The notes: generated from the sequence alone by a model not told the origin. DNA of 64,000 nt from Eledone cirrhosa (GCA_964016885.1 OZ024754.1:18290001-18354000); one strand, 5' to 3'. Positions 38,019-50,194 are shown, counted from the first letter of the stretch. A program made the numbers and translations.

Positions 38019-38354
38019 TCACATGGCTTAGTGGTTAGAGCATTGGCCTTGCAATCGAAAGGTTGTGAGTTCAATTCTCAGACTGGGTGATGTGTTGTTT
38101 CCTTGTGCAAGACACTTTATTTCACATTGCTCCAGTTTACTCAGCTGTAGAAATGAGATGATAGGGACTGGGGTCCATATCATTCCACTGCAAAGTGGTC
38201 GTGGAGGTGCCACGGCAAAAAAGCACCCAGCACTCACTGTAAATGAGGTTGGTGTTAGGAAGGGCATCCAGATGTAGAAATCAAGCCAGAATCAGTTCCC
38301 GTCCCACCCTTGCAAGCAGGGAAAAGCGGACGTAAAATGAAATGATGATGATGA
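38019..38354 (+). mobile_element. tRNA-derived SINE with RTE-derived tail
   Basis: Same family as 36313-36655. Confidence 0.9.
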
Positions 38355-39620
38355 TATATATATAAAACAGAGGATGTCTGTCTGTGTGTCTGTTTCCCTA
38401 AAACTCGAGAAGTACCCAACCGTTTTTTTTCAAACTTTACACATGTAACCCGTATGGCCCCGGAAGTGTTTTGAGCAAAAAATTTCAAATTATTCTGACC
38501 TAGGATTCGAATTAGTGAAGTGGCCAATGTCTGTACATAATGAGAGAGTGAGAGGAGAAAGAAAGAAACGGAGAGGCGAAGTGAAGTGGCTCTCTACTCC
38601 TCCTCCTCATTCGTCATAGCGTTTTTCGATAGAAGGGAGAAATGTGAACGAGTAACAGAGAGAAAGAGTGAGAGTGAAAGAAACAGACAGACTAAAAGAG
38701 GGGGATAGCAGGAGAGAGAGAGAGTGACAGACACCGTCTTTTGAGAGTTGTATGCGTCAAAGATACATGACAGTGGAATAACTATTGCGTGTGTGTGTGA
38801 GTTTATGTGCGTTTGCATGCGTGAGTGTGTATGTGTGTGTGAGTGATTATAAACTCTCTCACATGGTCTGATGGAATTAACCCTTTAGCATTTACATTAC
38901 TCTATATATACAATATTATTTTCATGGTAAAGGCTTTATCTCACATCATAAAAATCTCATAGATTTAATATTATTTGTTTTGAGAACAATACCTTAACCC
39001 TTTAGTATTAATGTGAGTGAGTTATAAAGAGAAAGAGTGAGAGTGAAAGAAACAGACAGACTAAAAGAGGGGATAGCAGGAGAGCGAGAGAGAGAGAGAG
39101 ACGGTGGAAGAGGGGAAGGAAAGCTATATGTCTTGCTGTCTGCATTACGATACATATCTATATACAACACACACTGATCGCGTCATAATGACGTAATGTA
39201 GACAGCCAGACATACAGACAGATATTATAAGGGTGCAACGTTATATCTATGTATCTATCTAAAAAGAAAGACTAAGAATTATAGAAAGAGATCGCTAAAT
39301 CACCTAATGCGATCCCTAGGTCATTGAAAATTTGAAATATTTTTTGTTCAAAACACTCACAGGACCATAAGTATTACATGTGTAAAGTTTGAAAACAATC
39401 GGCTGGGTGGTTCTCAAGTTTTAGTGAGGTGACAGACAGACATTCTCTGTTTTAGATATATAGATAGATATATAATTATATATTCGTGTACAAATATTTT
39501 TTCATACACAATAACAAAATATGAATAAACGTATTTCACGAGGCTCAATAAGGATAAATATATATCAAATATATAAGAACCCTAGAGCAAATCCCGAGTA
39601 ACGCCGGGCCATTCTGCTAG
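38355..39620 (+). mobile_element. Composite non-autonomous Helitron
   Basis: 5' part resembles the 3451-4341 family; 3' end CCCGAGTAACGCCGGG..CTAG|T as in 6910-7712; internal inverted 5' segment (39170-39460) and MITE fragment (38881-38996). Confidence 0.7.
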
Positions 39621-39630
39621 TATATATATA

Positions 39631-39860
39631 AAGATGTAGTGCGATCACAGGTAAACCATCTAAGAACGTAGATTTTATATGTGGCCGATGCTCAGGTCCA
39701 ATAAGTAGTAAGTGCCCACAGGATACTAGCTCGTTCTATTGCCCAGATGGTTCTATAGAAATAGTGGACACCTTCCGTTACCTGGGTGACAAAATCAGCA
39801 GTGGTGCAGGGTGTTCTGAAAGTACAGTAGCCAGAGTCAGAACGGGATGGAAAAAGTTTT
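39631..39860 (+). mobile_element. Internal RTE fragment, subfamily C
   Basis: Encodes FICGRCSG..FRYLGDKISSGAGCSES..RTGWKK. Confidence 0.85.
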
Positions 39861-39989
39861 CAACCTTATTTGACAATAAATTTATTATGATTCCGGTTTG
39901 TTATTCTTAATATTTTTTGTTTTTCGTGTTCCCTTTTTGTGATTTTTGTTGGTTTCTTGGTGGAGAAAAGAAGTTGAATTCTTATCATT

Positions 39990-40028
39990 GAACCAAATCT
40001 CCCAGGTAAAACCGGGTTAAACAGCTAG
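39990..40028 (+). mobile_element. Helitron-like 3' end
   Basis: CCCAGGTAAAACCGGG hairpin followed by CTAG|T. Confidence 0.45.
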
Positions 40029-40056
40029 TAATATATCATATATTTACATATATATA

Positions 40057-40102
<46 letters not shown>

Positions 40103-40295
40103 TATTTTATATATATAAATGAAACTGAACCCAGTCATTGAAATGTTCATAGTATAATAAACATTTAAGGAATTACATCAGTCCAGCCTCCTGTTATTTT
40201 ATAATATATGTATATATATACAACGGTTAAAGCTTCAACTGTTAAGGATGTCTTTTTTTCCGGGTATGTCAATATTTATTTATAAAACAAATCTG

Positions 40296-40361
40296 TATTT
40301 TATCTGATGAAAGTGCACCATAATTTGCCTTGGTTTCCCTTGAAATATATATAATAAAATA
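40296..40361 (+). ncRNA. Minimal type I hammerhead fold (family 2) in solo pLTR ~40260-40495
   Basis: Stem I TATTTTAT/ATAAAATA, CTGATGA, imperfect stem II, GAAA, palindromic TATATA loop III, then TA. Confidence 0.75.
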
Positions 40362-40496
40362 ATTATGGTTTTATAAATATAGTTTCCATTTATTAATATA
40401 TGGAATATTTACTCCACTAAACTGTTGAGTACTTTATATCAGTTATAAAAAATTTTAAGCTTGTTGAATCCCAACAAATTAAATATAACCTCTGCG

Positions 40497-40531
<35 letters not shown>

Positions 40532-40741
40532 TTCGTTTCTGAATTTGTTTAGCAAGATTCTTTATCTAAAAACGTGTGTTGAAACCGATATTGTTATACT
40601 TTGGGAGGGTCATGTTGCCAATAAGAAACACACGCACCAGTTGCTTTCACTTCAATTTATTATAATAAATTTATAAATTTAGGAATTTATAAGTTTCCGG
40701 TTGGTTGGTTGGTTCCACAACCAGATGATTGTTTATATATT

Positions 40742-40784
40742 GTCAAAGTTCTTTCGTCACACATTCTGTGACCTCTTCAGTGAC
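40742..40784 (-). ncRNA. Minimal hammerhead fold (family 3) in the PLE 3' pLTR
   Basis: Reverse complement of 43991-44033. Confidence 0.7.
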
Positions 40785-41712
40785 TGGGGATTCTTTTCTT
40801 TGTTTTTGTGCCTCTCCTTTGTTCTGTCCTACGCCATCTTGTTTTTGTGTGTGTTGTGTGCTTAGTTTGCGCATGTGTTACATCCGGGTGTCTGTGTGTG
40901 TTTATATTTGTTTATTTATTTGTTTATTTACATGTTACTGGTTGGTTGTTTGTTCTATGTGCGTGTGTGTTTTCATTTTGTCCTTAATTGTAAGTTGTGA
41001 TGTTGCTGTTCCATTCATGTTTTCTATTTAATTTTGGTTGGAGTTCATTTATGTTTATTGCCTCTGTAATTTGTTTGCACCTTTTCTGTGTGTAGATTCT
41101 ATTTTTATTTCTATGTTCTCTAATTTACCCTTATGTTCTATTTTAGCATGTTGGTAGAGTACAGATGATTCTTTACTATCTTGAAGGTCTCTCCAGTGTT
41201 CATTTATCTGTTCCCCTATACTACGAGCTGTCTCACCTATGTACACTATATTCTTATCTCTACATTGTCCTTCAGTACATCTTATGCTATATACTACATT
41301 TCTAGTTTTACAGTTAATATGGGGGCTTAATTTACAGATTATACATTTCTTATCTATACAGGGAGGTCTTTGAAAAGGGTATGTATTGCTAATAAGTGAA
41401 GTGTTTTTATGGAGGTACCTGGTCTTTCTACTACCTTAATATTGAGTTTATGTTTATCTAGGGCCCTTCTAAATTTGTAAACTAATTCACCTCTAGGGGT
41501 TGTATCGATGAACATTACACTCTGGTATTTATTGCTATCATACCATGAGTTTATTCTATTAACCTTATTCCTAGTTCTTACTATTCTATTCCAAAATTTG
41601 CTCCTATACAAGGGGCAGGTCCTATTTGTGTCATTATTTACCATTTTTTCCCATTTGGTTCTGGCTCCTCTATATACTCTTATTTTATCTCTCTGATTGT
41701 AACCAGAGAACT

Positions 41713-43437
41713 ATAGAGGTATAAAGCTGATGGACCAGGTCATGAAAGTAACAGAAAGAGTTATAGCACAGTTGATTAGGGACCGGGTGAAACTAGATGA
41801 GATGTAATTTGGGTTTGTACCAGGAAGAGGCACCACTGATGCCCTCTTCCTTGTGAGGCAGTTACAGGAAAAGTACCTAGTTAAAAGTAAGCCACTCTAC
41901 CTGGCATTCGTCAATCTCGAGAAAGCCTTTGACAGAGTTCCACGTGCTGTAATCTGGTGGGCTCTTAGAAAACTATGAGTAGATGAATGGCTTGTGAAAG
42001 CTGTACAAGCCATGTATAGGGGAGCAGTCAGCAAAGTTAGGATTAGCAATGAGTATAGCGAGGAATTTAGCGTACAGGTTGGTGTCCACCAGGGCTCTGT
42101 TCTTAGCCCTCACCTGTTCATCATAGTCCTGCAGGCAATAACGGAGGAGTTTAAGACCGGATGCCCATGGGAACTCCTGTATGCTGATGACCTTGCACAT
42201 ATAGCTGAATCTATGGTAGAACTAGAGAAGAAATCCCAAACTTGGAAGCAGGGACTAGAAAGAAAGGGTCTCAAAGTCAACATGACAAAGACTAAGGTCC
42301 TGGTAAGTAGACGAGAAAACAGAACCCAGATCCCCTCAGGGAAATGGCCTTGCTCAGTATGTAGGAAAGGTGTAGGTAGAAACTCCATTCTCTGCCCCAA
42401 ATGCAAACAATGGGTACACAAGAGATGTAGCGGGATCTCAGGAAGCTTAATTAAGAATGTAGGCTTCACATGCAGTAGCTGTACTGGGACAGCAAGCAGC
42501 AAACAGCCACAGGAAACAAGGACCACCAATCTCTGGGAGGGCTCTGTAGAGACAGTAGACAGCTTCTGCTACCTAGGTGACCGAATTAGCAGCGGAGGTG
42601 GGTGTTAAGAAAGTACAATAACTAGGGTAAGAACGGGATGGAAGAAGTTCAGGGAACTACTGCCACTGCTAACTGCAAAAGGCTTCTCCCTCAAAATGAA
42701 AGGCAGACTGTATGATGCGTGTATCCGAACAGCAATGTTACATGGTAGTGAGACCTGGGCGCTAAAGGTGGAAGACTTACGTAGATTAGAGAGAAATGAA
42801 GCCTGCATGCTCCAATGGATGTGTAATAGTAATATACGCGAACGACAAAGCATAAATGAATTGAGAGAGAGACTGAGCGTAAGAGGAATCAAATGCTGTG
42901 TGCAGGAGAGGCAGTTGTGTTGGTATGGACATGTGATGCGTATGAAGGATGACAGTGGCATAAAAAGGTGCAGAGCACTAAAAGTCGATGGAAACCGCGG
43001 AGTGGGGAGACCCAAGATGACCTGGGATGAGGTGATAAAAGCCGACCTTACCCAATTACACCTCTCAAAGGCGATGAACACGACCGTGACCTCTGGCATC
43101 ACGCAGTAATACAGAGTACCCGACCTCCCGTGGGTACAAGCTGAAGCATATAGATAATATGCCCCACACCCTCCCACTGCAAGGTGGTCGTGGAGGTGCC
43201 ACGGCAAAAAAGCACCCAGCCCACACTCTAAAGTGGACGTGTAGGCGCCACGAAAAAGCACCCAGCACTCACTGTAAATGAGGTTGGTGTTAGGAAGGGC
43301 ATCCAGCTGTAGAAATCAAGCCAAATCAGTTCCTGTATGAGCAAGGCATGGTCAGCTGACCACACACTGCCCACAACAGGACAACCCGTCTAACCCATGC
43401 TAGCGTGGAAGAACGGACGTAAAACGGTGATGATGAT
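41713..43437 (+). mobile_element. 5'-truncated RTE LINE, subfamily A, with TSD
   Basis: RT motifs with a few stops; (GAT)n tail; TSD GAGAACT at 41706-41712 and 43438-43444. Confidence 0.95.
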
Positions 43438-43990
43438 GAGAACTGCATACAGTGGATGAAGTGTTGTATGTGTCTTTCTAGTTCTTTGGGGTTGCACATG
43501 CGGGACACGTTTCTCATCACCTGTACCAAATCCGCAATCAGTACGTTGATTTTGGTATGGTCCGAAACAGCTGAGTTTCAGTGGATCACATATTTGGAAG
43601 TCATGGGTTTGGCATAATGGGAATGGAGGATTTGTTTTTTGTTATTAACGGTATCTAACCAGAGCTCTGTGTCTATTGCAAGTAATCGATGGTTGGGGTG
43701 TTTACTTGGGTAGTCTATAGTAACTCTAATACTCTGGTGGATGGAGTTAGCTATTTGCTGGATGCTTTCCATGGTGTTTTTCTCTAATTCCTGACTGTTC
43801 TCTAAGGACAAAATGAAAACACACACGCACATAGAACAAACAACCAACCAGTAACATGTAAATAAACAAATATAAACACACAGACACCTGGATGTAACAC
43901 ATGCGCAAACTAAGCACACAACACACACAAAAACAAGATGGCGTAGGACAGAACAAAGGAGAGGCACAAAAACAAAGAAAAGAATCCCCA

Positions 43991-44033
43991 GTCACTGAAG
44001 AGGTCACAGAATGTGTGACGAAAGAACTTTGAC
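43991..44033 (+). ncRNA. Minimal hammerhead fold (family 3) in the inverted pLTR
   Basis: GTCA-CTGAAGA-G-GTCACA-GAATG-TGTGAC-GAAA-GAAC-T-T-TGAC. Confidence 0.7.
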
Positions 44034-44167
44034 AATATATAAAGAATCATCTGGTTGTGGAACCAGCCAACCAACCGGAAATTTATTATGATAAATTGAA
44101 GTGAAAGCAATTGCCGCGTGTGTTTCTTATTGGCAACACGACCCTCCCAAAGTATATATATATATAT

Positions 44168-44198
<31 letters not shown>

Positions 44199-44953
44199 GG
44201 TTTAGCGTCCGTGTTCCACGCTTGCATGGGTTTGGATGGGGGTTTTCCCACTTGAGGCAAGAGTGGTTGTCTTGCTCGCATAGGACTGTCTGGCGGGTTT
44301 TCTACAGTTGGATGCCCTTCCTAACACCAACCACATTTACAGTGTGGGGCTGGGAGGTTTTTACCATGTTGCCTACACGGCCACATTACAGCGTGGACTG
44401 TCTGGCGGGTTTTCTACAGCTGGATGCCCTTCCTAACACCAACCACATTTACAGTGTGGGGCTGGGAGGTTTTTACCGTGTTGCCTACATGGCCACATTT
44501 ACAGCGTGGACTGTGTGTTTTTTGTCGTGACACCTACACGATCTCATTTGTTTCGGCCTGGATGTTGTGGGACCAACATAACTTTACATTGAAAGGGGCG
44601 GTGTGGGTGGGGTGGAGGTGGTGGGACGGGGGTGTGTTTTGATAGAGATGCCTACTGACTGTAGTAGGTTTTTACTTTGTATTTAGGTAAGGCGGGTCTT
44701 CTCTATTACTGAGTACCGCCAAAGGTCTCGGTCCAGTGACATTGTCTTGGAGAGGTGTAAGCGTGTGAGGTCGGAATTTATCAGCTCGTCCCATGTTTTT
44801 CTGGGTCTGCCTACTCCGTGGCTACCGTCTATCTTTATTGCCCTGCACTTTGTTATACAGCTGTCGTCTTTCATGCGCATCACATGACCGTACCAACGTA
44901 GCCTTCTCTCGAGTAAACAACATCTGATCCCTCTTATTTCTAATTTTTTCCTT
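44168..44953 (-). mobile_element. 5'-truncated RTE LINE, subfamily B
   Basis: Reverse complement of ~55870-56650; (CAT)n tail. Confidence 0.92.
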
Positions 44954-44985
44954 ATATATATATATAATATATATATATAATATAT

Positions 44986-45030
<45 letters not shown>

Positions 45031-45082
45031 TATATATTATATATATATATATAATATATATATATATTATACATATATCTAT

Positions 45083-45385
45083 TAGACACTTTATTTCACA
45101 TTGCCCCAGTTTACTCAGCTGTAGAAATGAGATGACAGGACTGGGGTCCCTATCATTCCACTGCAAAGTGGTCGTGGAGGTGCCACGGCAAAAAGCACCC
45201 AGCCCACACTGTAAAGTGGACGTGTAGGCGCCACGGAAAAATAGCACCCACCACTCACTGTAAATGAGGTTGGTGTTAGGAAGGGCATCCAGCTGTAGAA
45301 ATCAAGCCAGAATCAGTTCTCGTCCCACCCTTGCAAGCAGGGAAAAGACGACGGAAAATGAAATGATGATGATGATGATGATGAT
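45083..45385 (+). mobile_element. RTE-tailed SINE variant, head missing
   Basis: Core plus a longer RTE-A UTR segment and (GAT)n. Confidence 0.85.
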
Positions 45386-46270
45386 ATATATATATCATAT
45401 ATATACTATTTATAATATATACATAATATATAGTCCAGGAACTATTATAGGCACCCGTTTTACGTGTGTTGTATTGAAGTGAATAACTATGTGTATACTC
45501 TGGGAATGTATCCTATTGAGTACACTGAGATACAACCGGTCCTGGCATTGATAAATATCCGTCAACTCATTATTATTATCTCCCAACTACCAGACTAATG
45601 AGAGTAAGTTAAACAATCTTTCACTTTTTTTATTGTGATTTTGATTTGATATGCGCTCTAATTCCTGCTATTAATTTTATCTCTCACTCTTAAGTTGTGA
45701 AATAGACTGGTTTACGCACGTGGCTGCCGCAATCCAGCTCGCTACTCCATATCGCTGTATAATAGATACTCGCATTTAAAGTCCGTTAAAGGTTCTTGGC
45801 ACTACCATTGTTACTATCGCTTTCCTCTAGCTATGGGACTTGGAGAACTGAGCCGAATGCTACCATTCTATTATACATCAATGTGGGACTGCTATTTCTA
45901 ATAACCATCTTTTTACCTCTTAATAATTTGTGTTTGAGACACATTGACTGAGAGCTTTTGACGGGAACGAAAAGATTGGTTTTCTATTCTCCCGCCACCA
46001 CGTAAAGTTTGTAAATTGGTGGCTGGTCGGGGGACAGAATTGTATCGGATTCCAATTGCTAATCACTTTACTGTGTCGGCCGTCACAAACAGTCATAGCC
46101 AACATGGGCTGGGGTTTGGATTCTGTCGATCGATTGGTTACTGATTAGGCGATACCCGTTGATGAAGCCACATACGCCGATTATGCATTGTTGCATAATA
46201 TATGCAGACAGAGGTTGCAGTGCATCCTACTGCTGCATCAAGTGTGGCCGAAACTTGAGTCTGGGAACTA

Positions 46271-46738
46271 TTATATGCTCCATCTCTCACTCAACTCATC
46301 TATGCTTGGTCGATCAAGCATGTTCACATTACACATCCAACGGAATATGCTTGCCTCATTTCTCTCCAGCCGTCGCATATCCTCTGTAGTTGCTGCCCAT
46401 GTCTCACTACCATGCAGCATCGCACATCTCACACAAGCATCATATAACCGGCCTTTCGTATGCAGAGAGAAACCCTTTTTTGTCAACAGAGGAAGCAGCT
46501 CCCTAAACTTCTTCCAAACCGTCCTTATTCTAGATACTATGGCCTTTGAATACCCCCCTCCCATACTAATCTAATCACCAAGGTACCGGAAGCTATCAAC
46601 CACTTCTATAGAACCTACCTGCATTTGAAAAATGTGTCTATCACTGTGACTTCTACTGTCAAATTTCCATGTACATCTACTGCATTCATATTTTTCCCTA
46701 CCTGTTAGTTTGAGTGCTATCCCACCACATCTCTTGTA
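46271..46738 (-). mobile_element. Older divergent RTE fragment
   Basis: WKKFRELLPLL..MLHGSETW..LERNE; decayed PHD C-terminal half. Confidence 0.85.
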
Positions 46739-47040
46739 GTTCTTTTAATTGTGGGAGTGGGATGGCGTTTGCTGTCAATCCATTGTACTATTTATCTGTG
46801 CTGGTTTTTGGTACTAGCAGTGTAGTATAGTCGTATGGTAGTAGTCTGCCTGGTCGCTTGTTGGTCGGTGGAAGGTGGTGGTGCTACACAGACAATAACA
46901 ATCGTTCGAATGCCAGTGTGTGTGCGTGTGTCGTCTCGTTTGTTTCCCCTGGAAAACCCCCCAGTTGAGGCTTCCAAAACGACCAAAAGAAAATAAATCT
47001 TATTCCACAATGCTTCAAGCAAACTTCAATACTCTCTTAC
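46739..47040. repeat. Rearranged fragment of the repeat family at 57870-58632
   Basis: Shares CCCACTCCCACAATT and GAGGCTTCCAAA..ATGCTTCAAGCAAACTTCAATACTCT segments. Confidence 0.6.
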
Positions 47041-47131
47041 ACATATATATATATACATATACACACACACTTAGCAAAGTCAATGTTTTCATAATGTCAT
47101 ATAATATATATATATATATAACATATATGAA

Positions 47132-47196
47132 TGGAGGCACATGGCTTAGTGGTTAGAGCATTGGCCTTGCAATCGAAAGGTTGTGAGTTCAATTCT
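47132..47196 (+). mobile_element. SINE tRNA head only
   Basis: A and B boxes, then an abrupt junction to PLE sequence. Confidence 0.75.
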
Positions 47197-47197
47197 A

Positions 47198-48270
47198 GCA
47201 GTTTTAAGGTTATTAGGGTGGTTTGATTTAAAGTTAACGTAATTTAAGTTCTTATTATCCTTATATGGGTAATATAGGCCGGTATCTAGATTAAGGGATA
47301 TATCAAGGAAATTTGCTAGTTTATCATTATTCTCGAATTCAGTTTTTAAGTTAAGATGCTTAAATAAGATAAAGTATTTTTTTCTTAAGTAAATTGAAGT
47401 TTACAGTGTTACAATTAGAGAGAGTAAAGAGAGCATCATCACGATAAATCCCACCGCAAAGTTGGGGTATTTTCCGGTTTAAAGAATTCAAGATGAAAAT
47501 TCCAACTAAGTCGGTCAGTTGAGCTGAATCTGAAGAACCTATGGTGATGTCGAAATTGTTGGACGTATCCACTCTTGCCCAATATTCGTTCTTAAATTCC
47601 AAGATGGTTTTCCTAGCGGTGAGAATGATGCTTATTTCTTCACTATTTCCGTATATTTTAAAGCATATGAGAGAGCTTTGTTTAGGAGAGAAGGAGAAAT
47701 AGAAGAGTAATAGCTGGCAATGTCTAATTGAATAAATTTCAGTTTGTTTTTATTTTTTAATACCATTGGACTAGTCAATTACTTCAGATGAACCAACCAT
47801 AAATTTAGTTGAGATTTATACCTAACCTGTGGGATAATTCTATCCAAGATGGATTTACTAACAACCCCTAGGGCAGATTTAGAAGGGGCAATTAGACTTA
47901 CAGGCAAGTCGGTTCGAAAATTTCTTATATGATCCTTCAGACTAATCCTCGGAGTTCATGGGAAGAAGGGTTCTGTTTTTTTTTCAATTCCAAGGTTGGT
48001 TATTATCTCATATGCTTCTCTATTGATAGAATCCAGATTATCATGCATAGTTTTACGATAATTTTTTCTTAGTTCTTTAAGGATAAGTATCCTTACTTAT
48101 GCCATATAAATTATTTGTTTTGTCAGAATGAACTAATACATTTTTAGAAGAATTAAGGTCATTAATTTTATTCTTAAGGTTGATAAGGTGTCCCTGGTCT
48201 CGATAAAGGTTTCTTTTGAATTTAAGTCCTCGTATAATTTTAGTTTTTATTAAATCATAAATCCTACAAG
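47198..48270 (-). mobile_element. Decayed Penelope-like RT (Hydra-like)
   Basis: LKDH..NF..P.KS.LG..SKSILDRI, FIQLDIASYYSSIS, FDITIGSSDSAQ, GIYRDDAL, NFLDISLNL and SNHP. Confidence 0.88.
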
Positions 48271-48987
48271 ACCTTTCACAAAGTATATAGCTCTTGTCCT
48301 ATATCTTTACACATCTTTCATTATATTCTACAATGTATTATTTTAGTTTTCTCATTATATATTAAGCCTTTGATCTTCTTTGTATAGCCTTAAATTTTCG
48401 ATCAAACCTTCGTAGATTTTGTAAACAACCGATGACGACACATTATAATTAGATTTTCTCTACGTTTATAAATCATTCTAGCAATTTCCTTTATGTACTT
48501 GTTGATATAAAATAAAAATTAAATAGTATACCTCACATATATATTTTTACTAGAAATTATTAATTTTGACATAGATAGACTATTTTTATTTTATTTTATA
48601 AAAATCTTTTTATATTTATTTTAATATTACATTTTTACACTTCTTAATCCAATTTTTAGTATTTAAAATATAAAATAATATACCCAGTTTCTATATTTAG
48701 GCCTCTAATATTTGAATACCTTCTATAATATTCGCACATACACCTCATCAATTTACTTTTTAACCATTATTTACAGCTGTTTTCATTTTGACAGAGTTCC
48801 TGATCAAAAGTCTCTCTCCCTCTCTTCTTCCTTCTTTTTTTCATTATTCTCTTTCTTTTTTCCTCTTCTACTTTCCTTTTCCTCTATTTTCCTATCTATT
48901 TCACATATATTAACACATCTTTCTGTCATATGTAGAATTAGCACTCTCCTATAAATAAGTGCTATTATGCCTCATATCATCGTACCT

Positions 48988-49034
<47 letters not shown>

Positions 49035-49162
49035 AAAGTTCTATTTAAAATTGTTGGGATACAACAAGTAAATATTTTTATAACTGATATAAAGCACTCG
49101 ACAAGTATTTGGAGTAGATATACAATATTAATAAATGGAAACTATATTTATAAAACCATATT

Positions 49163-49227
49163 TATTTCATTATACATATTTCAGGGATACCAAATTAAAT
49201 TATGGTATGCCTTCATCAGACAAAATA
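49163..49227 (-). ncRNA. Minimal hammerhead fold (family 2)
   Basis: Reverse complement of 49464-49528. Confidence 0.75.
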
Positions 49228-49463
49228 CAATATATAACAGTTTTACAAATAAGCTTTGACGTACCCTTTTAAAATGCAACCATTATTTTTGGAAGCCGAT
49301 ATTTCTCCACGTTTTTTCTTTCTCTCCGTCTTTTTCTAATTGTCCTTAACACTATGACTTATTAAAATAATATAAACAACTCACTATCCAGATGGCTTCC
49401 AAAAATAATGGTTGCATTTTAAATGGGTACGTCAAAGCTTATTTGTAAAACTGTTATATATTG

Positions 49464-49528
49464 TATTTTGTCTGATGAAGGCATACCATAATTTAATTTG
49501 GTATCCCTGAAATATGTATAATGAAATA
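49464..49528 (+). ncRNA. Minimal hammerhead fold (family 2)
   Basis: TATTTTGT-CTGATGA-AGGCATACCA..TGGTATCCCT-GAAA-TATGTA-TA-ATGAAATA. Confidence 0.75.
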
Positions 49529-49725
49529 AATATGGTTTTATAAATATAGTTTCCATTTATTAATATCGTATATATATATATATATATTATATATATACAT
49601 GTAATGAAATGAAATGATGTATATATATTATATATATAATATATATACATATATATATTATATATATACATGTATATATATTATATATATATATATATAT
49701 TATATATATACATATATATTATATA

Positions 49726-50077
49726 TGGAGGCACATGGCTTAGTGGTTAGAGCATTGGCGTTGCAATCGAAAGGTTGTGAGTTCAATTCTCAGACTGGGT
49801 GATGTGTTGTTTCCTTGAGCAAGACACTTTATTTCACATTGCTCCAGTTTACTCAGCTGTAGAAATGAGATGATAGAGGCTGGGGTCCATATCATTCCAC
49901 TGCAAAGTGGTCGTGGAGGTGCCACGGAAAAAAAGCACCCAGCACTCACTGTAAATAAGGTTGGTGTTAGGAAGGGCATCCAGCTGTAGAAATTAAGCCA
50001 GAATCAGTTCCCGTCCCACCCTTGCAAGCAGGGAAAAGCGGACGTAGAATGATGATGATGATGATGATGATGATGAT
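49726..50077 (+). mobile_element. tRNA-derived SINE with RTE-derived tail
   Basis: Same family as 36313-36655. Confidence 0.9.
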
Positions 50078-50194
50078 TATCATCATCGGTTAACGTCTAT
50101 CTCCCACGCTAGCATGAACATGTATATATATTATATATATACATATATATTATATATATATATGTATATATATCATATATATATATTATATATA

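Larger units (their letters stand above)
40598..44154 (-). mobile_element. 5'-truncated Penelope-like element (C-terminal GIY-YIG, tentatively Nematis-like) with inverted pLTR, split by an RTE insertion
   Basis: RT thumb (IANSIH..TIDYPS..HYAKPMTS..SA) at 43444-43803 continues as FSGY..PLYR..SVMFIDTTP..IKVVERPG and VVYSIRC..YIGETARS..EH..H at 41050-41712; 43804-44154 is an inverted copy of 40598-40985. Confidence 0.88.
49032..49565. mobile_element. Inverted pair of PLE pseudo-LTRs (family 2)
   Basis: Arms ~49127-49296 and ~49394-49565 are near-perfect reverse complements; homologous to 40260-40495; flanked by (TA)n. Confidence 0.8.

Noticed and set aside
43578-43580. In-frame TGA in the PLE RT as selenocysteine
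   Set aside because: It is not in a Cys motif, the Cys codons of the zinc-binding linker are TGT, and no SECIS was seen; simple decay is likelier.
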